Origin: Mizuhopecten yessoensis | Lineage: Eukaryota | Assembly (NCBI RefSeq): GCF_002113885.1 | Contig: NW_018404396.1 | Location: forward strand, 588,503 to 652,502 | DNA: 64,000 nt | Reading direction: 5' to 3' | Part shown: positions 1 to 13,560 of the stretch, piece after piece | How positions within the stretch are numbered: the stretch's first letter is position 1 | How the letters are laid out: each line of letters begins with the position of its first letter | Notes under the pieces: generated by a model | What the model saw: the letters and a program-made list of their open reading frames with translations, nothing else | The model's database searches: none | Told to the model about the DNA's origin: nothing | Program-made: the position numbers and the translations under genes

Positions 1-574
1 GTATGATGTATACTATATAGACATTAGTTACATATTAGTTATGTACACCTGTATGATGTATACTATATAGACATTAGTTACATATTAGTTATATAGACTC
101 GTACACTGTATTAGTTTTTTTACACATATGTACAATGTATTAGTTATAACAATATACATCTGTACCGCAAGGAGCTGATAATTCGTTACCGTTATATATT
201 TGAATATAAACAAAGATGTTCAGTTTAATGTAACCCGGTTCGGGGGTTCAGATCGACTTTCGGTAAAAAAAAAATGCCGCCCATACGAGAAGGGAGGGAA
301 GCTCTCGATGTCGTAAAATCGACCCCGCCAAACTTTCTTGCCTCAAAAACCACATTTCTAATCGATGTACGAAAAATCCTTAGTACTGTTGGAAAGGTAT
401 TCTCCTTCCGCGTACATGATCTCCGTTTCCTCCAGAAGCACACGCAATTTCTTGATTTCCGTAGTCAAAGAGCCACATTTTTGCATATTATTATGAAGTT
501 GACGTCAGCTAAAATTACACTGAACACCTTAGTTTAGGTCCAAACATAACTGTAAGAAATTATCAGATCCCTGT

Positions 575-1500
575 GATCTGTACGATGTATACGTTTTTGT
601 AATATGCATCTGTACGATGTATTTGTATGATTAAAATACATTTATTCGATGTGTAGGTATTAGTAATATATATCTGTTCGATGTATTAGTATAAGTAATA
701 TACATCTGTAAGATGTTTCAATATTAATAATATACATCTGTACGATATATTAGTTATAGTTATATACATCTGTACGATGTATTAGTTATAGTTATATACA
801 TATGTACGATGTATCAGTTATAGTTATATACATCTGTACGATGTATCAGTTATAGTTATATACATCTGTACGATGTATTAGTTATAGTTATATACATATG
901 TACGATGTATCAGTTATAGTTATATACATCTGTACGATATATTAGTTATAGTTATATACATCTGTACGATGTATTAGTTATAGTTATATACATATGTACG
1001 ATGTATCAGTTATAGTTATATACATCTGTACGATGTATCAGTTATAGTTATATACATCTGTACGATGTATTAGTTATAGTTATATACATATGTACGATGT
1101 ATCAGTTATAGTTATATACATCTGTTCGGTGTATAAGTATTATTGATATATATCTGTTCGATATATTAGTATCAGTAATATACATCTGTACGACGTATTA
1201 GTAATATACATCTGTTCGATGTATAAGTATTAGTAATATAAATATGTACGATATATTCATATTAGTAATAATTAATATACATCTGTTCTATGTATAAGTA
1301 TTAGTAATATACATCTGTTCGATGTATAAGTATCAGTAATATACATCTGTACGATATATTCATATTAGTAATTATTAATATGCATCTGTACGATGAATTA
1401 GTATTAGTTATATACATATATACGATGTATTAGCATAAGTAACATATATCTGTAAGCTGTATTAATATTAACCTTTACGTTGCATGTTTATTATACACCT
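575..1500. repeat. 32-bp minisatellite (TATATACATCTGTACGATGTATTAGTTATAGT)
   Basis: Homogeneous copies at ~730-1130 with degenerate flanks. Related copies also occur at 1-170. Confidence 0.9.
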
Positions 1501-2734
1501 GTACGAAGAGCGACGCTAAGCCCCGACAGACCGTGGGCGACGTGTACATAGGTAGTGATAGTTACGTAAATCGATAGCAATTAGATTGCCTCGAGGAAGA
1601 TTCTGATATTACATTTACACGTGTTCTTCAGTTTGAAATTGGAAATGTGAGATGACCAGCGAGGACGCTGGCTGTCAGAGGATATGACAGGAGAGACGAC
1701 ATTGTTCCTCAAAATTAGCTCCATAAACAACAGTCTAAACAATATCGGCCGTGTAATTTCTTTTTTCTTCGTCAAAGAGTTAATAAGAATCTGAGGCGAA
1801 GATGTGTCACGCGAGCGTAAGGCGACGCCCGATACTGCTAGCCCAGCTTTGGTAACGTGAGACGGACCAACATCAGCCAATCAGAGTTCGGCTGGTAGCA
1901 TGCAAATTACACGGTGTACTGTCAGTCACTGTGAAATGTGAACTATGCTGTTCACATGTTTTAGCGAGTAGTTTTTGTTACCACCAGATACTGTTTTTTG
2001 TAATACATAGAAGATCATGGAGTCTGTTTTAATATCCTTTGTAAGCTGTGAGTTTATGGCTAATGTATGTCTTTCACCTATGACAACTGAAATGAAATGT
2101 CATTTCCAATGCCAATAATAAACAAAGGCATAAATGGCGTTTATCGGAGTCAGGCGCAACTTTCAGATTTAGCTGCAATAATCATGCAGTATTTAACACG
2201 TACGTATATATATGTCAATGACTAAATCAAAATTTTTCATCAAATTGAAGTTTATGAATATATTATTTAAAATGAAATTATTTTAAAACAAAACAAAAAG
2301 TGACCCAAAATTTTACATGGAACTCTTTTGTCTCTAAAAACTTTGCAGATCTGGTGACAACTGAAAAAACAAAAAAACAAAAAAAAAAGACCTTTGCTTT
2401 TAATTTACTAACTTTACGATTTGTATGTGTGATGGCTTTGCAATGCAATAAAACTTATCCCTACATTCATGTGACATTTTTATTTTTATTTTAACGTGGT
2501 GTCATCATGGAGACATAGACATACGTGTGTTGTTGACTTATCATGATCCCTATTGTATTGCTATTGTGTAATTGTTAAAAATAATTCAGAAAGATTCCAC
2601 ATCATTTGATGATTTTGCATGTTTCTGGTATCTTTTATCACTTGGAACAGAATTGTGCTAACACAAAACACCGTGGAAGCATCAGTCAGAATGTCTTAGA
2701 GTATCGTGGACAAGTCTAGAAATAAATGAGGTAG

Positions 2735-3030
2735 ATAATCTCGAACCACATCAGGAAAAAGGTCTCGAACCAACTCGTGAAGAAAACTTCAAACCATCTT
2801 GGACCAAAGTCTCGAATCACTTCAGAAAGATAATCTCGAAGCTCCTCGGCCAATAAGTCAAGAACTATCGTCAAATCTCATACAGAAAGTCTGGAATCAT
2901 CAACAAGTTATAAACCATCTCGTGCAGAAATTCACGAACCATCGTAGACAAAAAAAAAACACGAAATGTATGAGATAGATAATCTAGAACTATATCATCA
3001 TGCATAAGGTCTCGAACCACATCGTGCATG
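2735..3030. repeat. Degenerate ~24-bp tandem repeat (GTCTCGAACCA-containing)
   Basis: Recurring TCTCGAACCA/TCTCGAATCA/TCACGAACCA motifs at roughly regular spacing. Confidence 0.5.
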
Positions 3031-4190
3031 GAGTATCGAATAGGTATGATTCGCTGCCTTTCGGAACACTTACACCGATCACACCACCAAGCTTTTAGTT
3101 CGAACACGCACTCCTTTTCTTTGCCGCTTTGCTGATGACTTGTAGGTTTGGGGTAAAAGAATATCGCATTGGCTGTTTATGGGAGACGTTATTTGCTATG
3201 TCTTCTTATGACGTATCCTTCCCGTTTCGGGCCATATTTTTCTTTTCTTTCGTTTTTACTCACGCCTTGATTTTGTCTCCCGCCGTGATGAAAAAAGGCT
3301 GAATCCTACTTCACGTCGTGATGAAATTAAAGTGTGCGACTTTTTATCCTTCTGTGCCATGATGAATTGAATCCCATTTGTTTACGTGCACAATTCATAG
3401 GAAATGTTTTAGGACCGACAATTAACAAATTTTAGTAAATTACTGACAAGCTTTGTTTCGGGGTAAGATAGAAAGTGATCCCGATCGAAGGTTTTGCTAT
3501 GTTACACAATATTATTGACAATAATTCACACTCATTCTGTCGCCATATCTGGAGATCATACCGAGACTCGACAATCCAACAATGTTGGTACCGCCATATC
3601 GACTTATCTCCCTTGTATCTTGTAGTCATGGGCTGCGAACACTATGTGTATGGTGCTGTAATTGTTTTCCTGGCATGCTTAGATGTTCGGATAACACCCA
3701 CCGATAACATGTCCTACCCGAGCTCTGAGTCCCGTACAATGTCATGTAAGTATCTGCGCAATATCAGTATTTCACCGTTACAGGAGACGCCATGGCAAAT
3801 TGCCGGTATGGTTTTAAATATCGAATTGACGTCGTATTCCCGCCAGACCGCTCGCGCACCAATTTTTGTCCGCGCAACATCCGTCGCAGACTACGGTGCC
3901 GTATTACACATGCCGATGAGAAGATAGAGTTCTATATTCGTTCATTTAGAGCTCTCCTTTCAAACCAAATATGCTGTCCTGTGTCTCTTGTTTCCGGCCG
4001 ATCTTCCCTACTCTTCGGGTGTCATGGTAACCTGACATGCAATCGTTATCCCTATGAAGTAGTCGCTAGTCGTCGCACGCCTTTACACACACCGCTTCCT
4101 TGTACGTCCTCAGAGACGCGTTAAACACGAGACGTTAAGTGAACACGGACAAACCACGTGCTTTAGAACCGTAAACAGGTATTAACACCT

Positions 4191-4206
4191 CCACTAGGTG
4201 GCAGCA
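4191..4206 (+). promoter_or_regulatory. Candidate CTCF binding site
   Basis: CCACTAGGTGGCAGCA matches the CTCF core consensus CCASYAGRKGGCRS without mismatch. Confidence 0.55.
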
Positions 4207-4417
4207 CGGGGTTTTTGTAACAAAGTGACGGCTTTACATAATCAATACTTAAAATATTAAAATGTAAAAGATTCCTAACAACATAAATAGGAGGACGCGC
4301 TGATTAAGTGACACAAGGGTTTCGTTGTCGTGTGTGAAACTGTGCTGATCACTGGATATTACTGGATCCGCTAGGGCTGTAACAATGTAGCGGAACTGGA
4401 CTGGCTTGATCATCGGC

Positions 4418-4490
4418 GACCAGGTAGCTCAATTGGTAGAGCGTCCGTCTAGAGGTCGGAAGGTCCCGGGTTCGAACTCTGGTCTGGCCG
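4418..4490 (+). pseudogene. tRNA-like sequence (tRNA pseudogene or repeat-borne tRNA head), anticodon position AGA
   Basis: 73-nt cloverleaf: acceptor GACCAGG/TCTGGCC with one mismatch, D arm GCTC-AATTGGTA-GAGC, anticodon arm TCCGT-CTAGAGG-TCGGA, 5-nt variable loop, T arm with GGTTCGAAC. A TTTTT run follows at 4495-4499. Confidence 0.7.
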
Positions 4491-5169
4491 TGTATTTTTC
4501 CATTACCTGTTACCAGAGAATAACACTTAGAGGATCACTTACCTACCTATCCAACTGTGACTCGCCTTTGCATTTTACGAAAATCCCGTGTACTACTGTA
4601 AATATACATATAAACTTGTTTAGTTTATACCAACTGATACAATATCAAATATTTCACGAGGGGAAAATCGTTTTTGTTTTTGACACACTCACTCCGCATA
4701 CAAATTGATTAATTATGTTTATTGAAATAACACGACAGATTCCGCCAGAGAACATTACCTAATCAAAAACGAGATAAATCTATAGGTTTTCTCCTTTGTT
4801 TATATTCTTTCTGCATAGAAATGTTCTTGATACAAACCATCAACATTTTGATGCTTAATATTCAAAACTGAATGAAATATCTTTTGGATATCGACCCTAG
4901 ATGACCTTCGTTTATTGCCAGGTCCGTTATATCGATGCCTTTTTACGACGACTGATGATTGAGAGCTGATTACAAGCTTCTTAATCATATGCTACAGAAA
5001 CGGAAACGTTAAAATATGACTTATCAAGGCGATGCTGGAGTTCTTTTTTCGATTATACATCCAGGACCTGATTTTAAAGAAAGTGCTCTCTTTCCATGTT
5101 CTCAATGGCAGCAAAATCAGATGGGACACTGAGCGTAGTGTTAAGTGCCATGTAATTAAACAACCATGT

Positions 5170-5410
5170 TGACTAAGGAAACAGGTTCTTCTTATGCTTG
5201 ACATTGTTTATCCTAACATTGTATCTGATAACTCTACCCAGAAACCTCCTTTTACGTAGCTTTACCTTATATAACATCATGTCTGATGTGATGTTATTCT
5301 TTCCCAAATGATAACTTCACTTTAGCCAACAGAACGGTAGGTCTGTTATGACGCACTTCTTCATCTTCTGGCACTCTATGATAGAATGGAATGTACACAT
5401 ATTTATGTAA
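5170..5410 (-). mobile_element. Possible heavily decayed RTE-clade LINE 3' fragment
   Basis: Minus-strand translation with stops and frameshifts gives VHSILS*SARR*...ERIT...KLRKRRFLGRVIR, reminiscent of RTE ORF C-terminal motifs. Recognised by eye only. Confidence 0.3.
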
Positions 5411-8314
5411 TAGCTGGGCACTGCATTTGCCTTCCATCTAGTCCCTGGCTATAAGATAGTTCACTACGGGCAACTAGGAGAAAGTTATGACAAGTGTTCC
5501 ACTGACAGTACACTGGTTTCTTAGGATTTGGCAAGGACCGCCTCACTGAACATAGCGCGATATGAACAGAGAAATGCATGTGTAAGATTTAGGGTCCGAG
5601 GTTGACGTATGCGACACATATAGCACCAGTCAAGTTGTTATATCCTCACGCCGACAGAACACTGACTTCCGTCAGTGAGACAAAACCCGTAAGGGTGGAA
5701 TCATGTAGGCGCGAAACCCGTCATCCATCCATCCATCCGTTATATCCTAGTCGTGCAAAAGAGACTCTACTGCCTTCCTCAGTAAATATTCACATCTTGA
5801 ATTCATACTATGAAGTAAGTGTCTGAAGCCAAGCTCCCGTTACAATACCCTGATCTTCCTCCATTTAACCTAAAAAAAACTAAAAAGAGCGTTGCTTTTG
5901 TTGATCCATGCTATTTATATTGATTCGATCAGAATGAGATACTACTGATTAGATAAGCTTTGCTTAAAGTTGGCAAGTCGAGGAATAACAATAAAAAACA
6001 GGTTGAATTTCAAATTTTGTTACAGTCAACGAGGTTTGACAGGTAAGGATGCCAAATAAAATTGAACAGTTTCTGCCTGTAACTAGTTATAAATCGTCAC
6101 GCGGTGTAAAAAAGATATACGTTGCTGAAAAATGGCGTTAAACTCGTGTTGGTGGTCTGGAAAATCATTGTTGATTTAAACATAAATGCATTATCAATTG
6201 TTTATTTTATGAGCGGTGATGTATAAATACATAATGTAAAGACTATAACAAGGCTTCAAATATGTTAGTTAGTTCGTTCATATTCTCAACAATTGATATT
6301 CAAAAGCTGACGAAAATTGAACAAATAAGTGTACGCTCTTATAATAATATTTTAGCCCACTGTTTGTTGGACATCTTAGCTTTCTCAATTTCGAGGCATT
6401 CTTGGCCATTCTGAGCCGGACATACAGTAGATGTGAGCTCAGTATCGTTCAACACCATTTAAAACCATTGCTAATATACTGGTCACTATTTATCAAATGC
6501 CAGACCGTCCAAGGACTTGCAGAGCTGTTGTATATCATCCAGTTTATTAACGTCTTCTTTTGGTTGGTTAATATAATGAACTATGGAACTTGGCGGTTTG
6601 AGGATTAGCGCCCTGACCTCGTGACCCCTCCAGTACGGACTTTCATCGAGAGTTGTGCTGACACATGAGTATTTGTGCTTTTGCCTAAATATAGAAAACG
6701 GAAGATAAATATAGCGAGTAAACTCAAAATCACGAGACTGTAGATAAATGTTAACGTGACTTAAACAAAACCAAAACCAAAAACAAAACCTACATTGAAA
6801 CACCAGTATCAGATCAATATACGAACCGCCACAATAGTACTTGATCCACTTAAATATAAACTTTAATAATAGTGTCAGATCAACATGAATCTAAACCATC
6901 AATAACGTGTAAAGTTTGATCATTCTTGACATTTATCTACGATCTCATTTTTGTTATATCCTAGCCTATGATCATTTCATTAGTCAGTTTTGTTTTAAAA
7001 TGTTGGGTTTACTCGCTTCGCCGAGAGTCTGTTTATTATGCCCCAGTATTCAATGTAGAATAACGAGGCCCTATATTATTTTGTCCTGCAAATACTATTG
7101 TCAAAATCCTGAAAACTTACCTTCCTTCAAAATAACATCTTGACAACAACAATGGCGGTGTCGACAAAATCAGCAATGGGAAAAAATGGAAAGGAGCATA
7201 ACAGCGAAAATGTGTACTGATCAAAACTGATTTATAACATACGTGTATGTCTGATGTAACCTATCATGTGACTTACCAGGTTTAAGCATTGAACGCAATT
7301 ATTTTAACTTTAAATCTTCAAAGAGATTTAATGGACTATACATGTAATTTCTGAAAACCTCTGGCATATTTGTTAGAAATCAGGCCTTCGAAAATTTAAA
7401 AAACAAAAAATATAAATAAAAAATGTTTTCAATGTAAATATTAACAGATTTCATTGACCTGTTGTAGATGAAGCATTAATGCGATTATTTTGTAAATCAA
7501 TATTCCACATAACAAAAGCTATTCAAGATGCTGGTTTAGATTATATATCATTTTAGAGACGTTACGGTAGCATTCTAATTATTTCCGTTGCAGATAAGCA
7601 ATTTTCCGCAAAACACTTCGAAAAGAGTAAATCTATACTTAACTACCGATGCATATGTAAACTGCGCATATATGCAGAAAAAAACTTTTTTATAACCTTT
7701 TATAAACGTCTTAAGGATCACTTGTTGGAAGTTGACAATTGTTTTCAGACGCTTACCCTTCCGGAACATCTGGTCTTTTTCTCCTTGTTCATTTTTGTCC
7801 TAGAAGTGTCGATTTTGAGTTTGCATTCTCTTGTTATGTTTTATTCACAAGGACATAAACCGAACTCACAGTCAATACATAAAAACAACAACAAGACTGG
7901 GCAGTCATTAAAATAGACTTCTTGACATCCCCGCCCAAATGAAAAAGAAGTCTCCTTGACAAATTTAAGTTTTCTGCACCACATGTCATTAAATCACCAA
8001 CGATCTCAGAAAATCTATAGCTATTTAGCTTACATTAATACACCTACATGCAGTGTGGTTTAGGAAATAATTAAAGGACTTTATCTATGATCTTATTCTC
8101 ATTATTTGCTAATGGAAAGTTACAGAAATATTAACAACAGAAAATTAAATGTAGAACTGTTCTAATTACATAATTATAATGGTCTAGTTTTTATTCGGTA
8201 TATAAATATAATATATATTAAAGAAAGAAAACAAAATGATAATGAAAAATAATAATACATATACTAATGAATAACAGTAAAAAATATGATAATGAATAAT
8301 AGTTATATATTTAA

Positions 8315-8620
8315 CCATTAAACTGCTCTCAATTAGCATTCATAGGCAATTTTTCATATTGCCTATGAATTCCAACTGAAAGTAATTCAATTTTATATTT
8401 ACCAGTTTTTAGATATGTTCATCTCATAGAAAATTCAATTACAGTTATTATTATTCAGCATTTAGTTCTAATCAAGTATATATCGTGTATGCTTTTTTAA
8501 TGAATAGAACAGCAATCGCCCGGGAAGGGTCAGTGGTATCAAACGCAACAATTATAACGTCATAATAATGAATGTCAACTGAATTTAGTAGGGTTATATA
8601 GAGGCAATGCTATACGATGG
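8315..8620. mobile_element. TTAA-flanked non-autonomous element (CCAT...ATGG termini) inserted in the edge of the 25-bp satellite
   Basis: TTAACCAT at 8311-8318 and ATGGTTAA at 8617-8624, with satellite units on both sides and an internal hairpin at 8326-8382. Confidence 0.5.
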
Positions 8621-8624
8621 TTAA

Positions 8625-11090
8625 TATATGATAATGAATAATAGTAATACACATGATAATGAATAATAGTAATACACATGATAATGAATCATAGTAATAC
8701 ACATGATAATGAATAATAGTAATACATATGATAATGAATCATAGTAATACACATGATAATGAATAATAGTAATACACATGATAATGAATCATAGTAATAC
8801 ATATGATAATGAATAATAGTAATACATATGATGAATCATAGTAATACACATGATAATGAATAATAGTAATACACATGATAATGAATAATAGTAATACAAA
8901 TGATAATGAATAATAGTAATACACATGATAATGAATGATAGTAATACATATGATAAAGAATAATAGTATTACACATGATAATGAATCATAGTATTACACA
9001 TGATAATGAATCATAGTGATACACATGATAATCAATCATAGTAATACAAATGATAATGAATCATAGTAATACACATGATAATGAATCATAGTGATACACA
9101 TGATAATCAATCATAATAATACACATGATAATCAATCATAGTGATACACATGATAATCAATCATAGTAATACACATGATAATCAATCATAGTAATACACA
9201 TGATAATGAATCATAGTAATACACATGATAATGAATAATAGTAATACACATGATAATGAATCATAGTAATACACATGATTATGAATAATAGTAATACATA
9301 TGATAATGAATAATAGTATTACACATGAAAATGAATCATAGTAATACACATGATAATGAATAATATTAATACACATGATAATGAATAATATTAATACACA
9401 TGATAATGAATAAAAGTAATACACATGATAATCAATCATAGTAATACACATGATAATGAATCATAGTAATACACATGATAATGAATCATAGTAATACATA
9501 TGATAATGAATAATAGTAATACACATGATAATGAATAATAGTAATAAATATGATAATGAATAATAGTAATACACATAATAATGAATCATAGTAATACATA
9601 TGATAATGAATCACAGTAATACATATGATAAGGAATAATAGTAATACACATGATAATCAATAATAGTAATACACATGATAATGAATAATAGTAATTCACA
9701 TGATAATGAATCATAGTAATACACATGATAATGAATCATAGTAATACACATGATAATGAATAATAGTAATTCACATGATAATGAATCATAGTAATACACG
9801 TGATAATGAATAATGGTAATACACATGATAATGAATCATAGTAACACACATGATTATGAGTAATAGTAATACACATGATAATGAATAATAGTATTACACA
9901 TGATAATGAATAATTGTATTAACAGGATAATGAATCATAGTTATACACATGATAATGAATCATAGTAACACACATGATTATGAATAATAGTAATACACAT
10001 GATAATGAATCATAGTAATACACATGATAATGAATAATATTAATACACAGGATAATGAATCATAGTTATACACATGATAATGAATAATAGTAATACACAT
10101 GATAATGAATAATATTAATACACAGGATAATGAATCATAGTTATACCCATGATTATGAATAATAGTAATACACATGATAATGAATCATAGTAATACACAT
10201 AATAATGAATCATAGTAATACACATGAAAATGAATAATAGTAATACACATGATAATGAATAATATTAATACACATGATAAGGAATAAAAGTGATACACAT
10301 GATAATCAATTATAGTAATACATGATAATGGATAATAGTAATACACATGATAATGAATCATAGTGATACACATGATAATGAATAATATTAATACACATGA
10401 TAATGAATAATAGTGATACACATGATAATCAATCATAGTAATACACACGATAATCAATCATAGTAATACATATGATAATGAATAATAGTAATACACATGA
10501 TAATGAATAATAGTAATACACATGATAATGAATCATAGTAATACACATGATAATTAATAATAGTAATTCACATGATAATGTATAATAGTGATACACATAA
10601 TAATGAATCATAGTAATACATATGATAATGAATCATAGTAATACATATGATAATAAATAATAGTAATACACATGATAATAAATCATAGTAATACACATGA
10701 TAATGAATCATAGTAATACACATGATAATGAATCATAGTGATACACATGATAATGAATAATAGTAATACACATGGTTATGAATAATAGTATTACACATGA
10801 TAATGAATAATAGTAATACATATGATAATGAACCATAGTAATACACATGATAATGAATAATGGTAATACTTATGATGAATCATAGTAATACACATGATAA
10901 TGAATCATAGTGATACACATGATAATGAATCAAAGTAATACACATGATAATGAATAATAGCAATACATATGATAATGAATAATAGTATTACACATGATAA
11001 TGAATAATAATAATTCACATGATAATGAATCATAGTAATACACATGATAATGAATAATAGTAATACATATGATAATGAATAACAATAGTA
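8625..11090. repeat. 25-bp satellite (ACACATGATAATGAATMATAGTAAT), roughly 100 copies
   Basis: Direct reading. It explains all the YYY/CVLL ORFs between 8739 and 11126. Confidence 0.97.
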
Positions 11091-11499
11091 AATACTTATA
11101 TTTTTTTTTAAAACAATGCTTTTCATTTTAATTTGATGTTTTTTTTATTGCAAGTATATAAAAATTAGCAGATGATCGTTATCTATTTTTGAACATATTT
11201 AGTGAAAAACACGACAATTGCGAAAAAGATTTTGTCGACGATAATTTCAGCTAATTGTTCTTTATCAGTTTTGTGTTTAAGAGGATCTTCAATACACATT
11301 CTTGTTTTAACGTCATTCACATGGCTGTCATTATTTACGCTCTGAAAGTTGATTATGATGACCGGTGATTAACATAATCTTGTTAGAAGAATATTTTGGT
11401 TATAAGCTCTTAAAGTCGACAATATTTTTGCTTCATAGTAAAAAAAGGTAGGTCGTTCCAACGCGTATAAATAAAATTCACACCACACAAGCTAACGGC

Positions 11500-12310
11500 T
11501 TATATATATGATAAATGAACTACTGATAATGTCGATATTTACAGATATATATGATAATTGACTCATACTGCAAATAACTGAGCATTAAATAGAAAGTCTC
11601 ATAAAAGTAATGGTTGAGGATATATATGATAAATAAATTACTGATAATGTCGCTATAATTGAGGATATATATGAAAACTAACTCATTTGGCCAATAACTG
11701 ATGATCAAAATATTAACGGTTGAGGATATATTTGATATATACTCTATGGATAGTGTCACTATAATTGAGGATATATTTGATAAATTAACTATGGATAGTG
11801 TCACTATAATTGAGGATATATTTGAAAATTAACTATGGGTAATGTCACTATAATTGAGGATATATTTGATAAATAAACTATGGATAGTGTCACTATAATT
11901 GAGGATATATTTGATAGATTAACTATGGATAGTGTCACTATCATTGAGGATATATTTGATAGATTAACTATGGAAAGTGTCACTATAATTGAGGATATAT
12001 ATGATAAATAAACTATGGATAGTGTCCCTATAATTGAGGATATATTTGATAAATTAACAATGGATGATGTATCCATAACTAAGGATATATATAAAAATTA
12101 ACTATGGATAATGTCACGATAATTGAGGATATATTTGAAAATTAACTATGGGTAATGTCACTATAATTGAGGATATATTATTTGAAAATTAACTATAGAT
12201 AATGTCACTATAATTGAGGATATATTTGATATATAAACTATGGATAAGGTCACTATAATTGAGGTTATATAAACTATGGATGATGTCACTATAATTGAGG
12301 GTATATATAT
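11500..12310. repeat. 45-bp minisatellite (ATATATTTGATAAATTAACTATGGATAGTGTCACTATAATTGAGG)
   Basis: Direct reading. The 15-aa periodicity of ORF 11804..12076 reflects the unit length. Confidence 0.93.
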
Positions 12311-13349
12311 TACAAATGAAGTATTCATAATCACAATAATTCGGGTTTAATATGATAAATGCCATTAACTAAGGTGGTTAACTAAACTATACGTTTTATA
12401 AGGTATTCAAGTGTACCTGTACAACCATTTATCCAGCAGTGTGTCATTCTAGAGGCTGCACCATCGGATAGGTGGCTCTATATGTATACCTTTGCATGTA
12501 GGCACGTATTTACTCGTTGGAAGCTACTAGATACAGGAACTTACACTGGCAGTAATCGGGTGTAGTGAATGCTTAATAGTATGGTTAATCATGGTTATCA
12601 TGATTAAAAAACATATTTTAAATGATCCTGATGGTGACATTTATTTATGAAGATGCTCTTAAGGTGGGGCTTTTTCTGATTACTGAAAATATCCAATTAA
12701 TACTATCTTGCATTGCCAGTATATCCTATTAAATTTGATAAACAATTCCATTGCTGGAGTATGATTCTGAAAAAAATATTTTTGACTCATTTAACAATTA
12801 ACAAAAGAAGCACGAAAAAATTAAGCACCTATTTGAAAATTGTAGATGCCTAGGCTAAATAACATAATCACTGTACGGCACCGTTAGGCTACTTCGACCA
12901 TTTTGGACTCGTCAAGGTACTTAAAGTCAAAAGAAAGCGTTCCGAAACATATATAAATACAGCCAAAAGGTAAAGGTGCCTACAATACGCTTTATAACGT
13001 TACAGCAGCTTTAGGCTACAGCAGATCACTGATACTTAAACTAGTATGTCATGTTCACCGTGCCAAAGTAAATTCCAGCAAGTAGGTCAAGGTCAATCTT
13101 GGGGGTTAATAGCCCACCTACAGAGCATTACATTATCTGACATATCGTTAAATTTGTCACGGTATCTATCATGATGGAAACTGAGGCCATTGTTTTAACG
13201 AGTTAAAATTATGATATAATATCAGGAAACTCCAGTTTTCGCATTTCCTGTGGGAAGGAAAATACCTAACTCATTTCATTGTTAATTGACAGAAAATATG
13301 ATTTTAACAAGAAAGATCATTATGACCTATGGTAACGCCAATGTATTTC

Positions 13350-13560
13350 TCTACCCCGTGTAAGATTAATAGAATCTTTCACCCCTTTGGGGGTGAGACA
13401 GGGTAATCTCAACCCGAGGGGTAAGATTCTTAAGTTGTCAAACACGAGGCTTGCCGTGACGTCATTGTTGCCGTGACGTCATGGTTATGTTGCTATGACG
13501 TCATACAATTGTTGAGAACGTGCAAAGAACACGTGTAGCTTGTCTCAACCCTAGGGTTTA
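13350..13560. mobile_element. Probable non-autonomous DNA element fragment with internal inverted motifs and triple TGACGTCA
   Basis: AGAATCTTTCACCCC (~13371) pairs with GGGGTAAGATTCT (~13418). GGGTGAGACA (~13391) pairs approximately with TGTCTCAACCC (~13541). TGACGTCA occurs at 13457, 13474 and 13496. Confidence 0.5.

Noticed and set aside
3475-4124. 150-aa and 110-aa plus-strand ORFs
   Set aside because: No recognisable domain or splice structure; explained by locally higher GC.
8739-12076. Cys/Tyr/Ile-rich ORFs
   Set aside because: These are translations of the 25-bp and 45-bp satellites.
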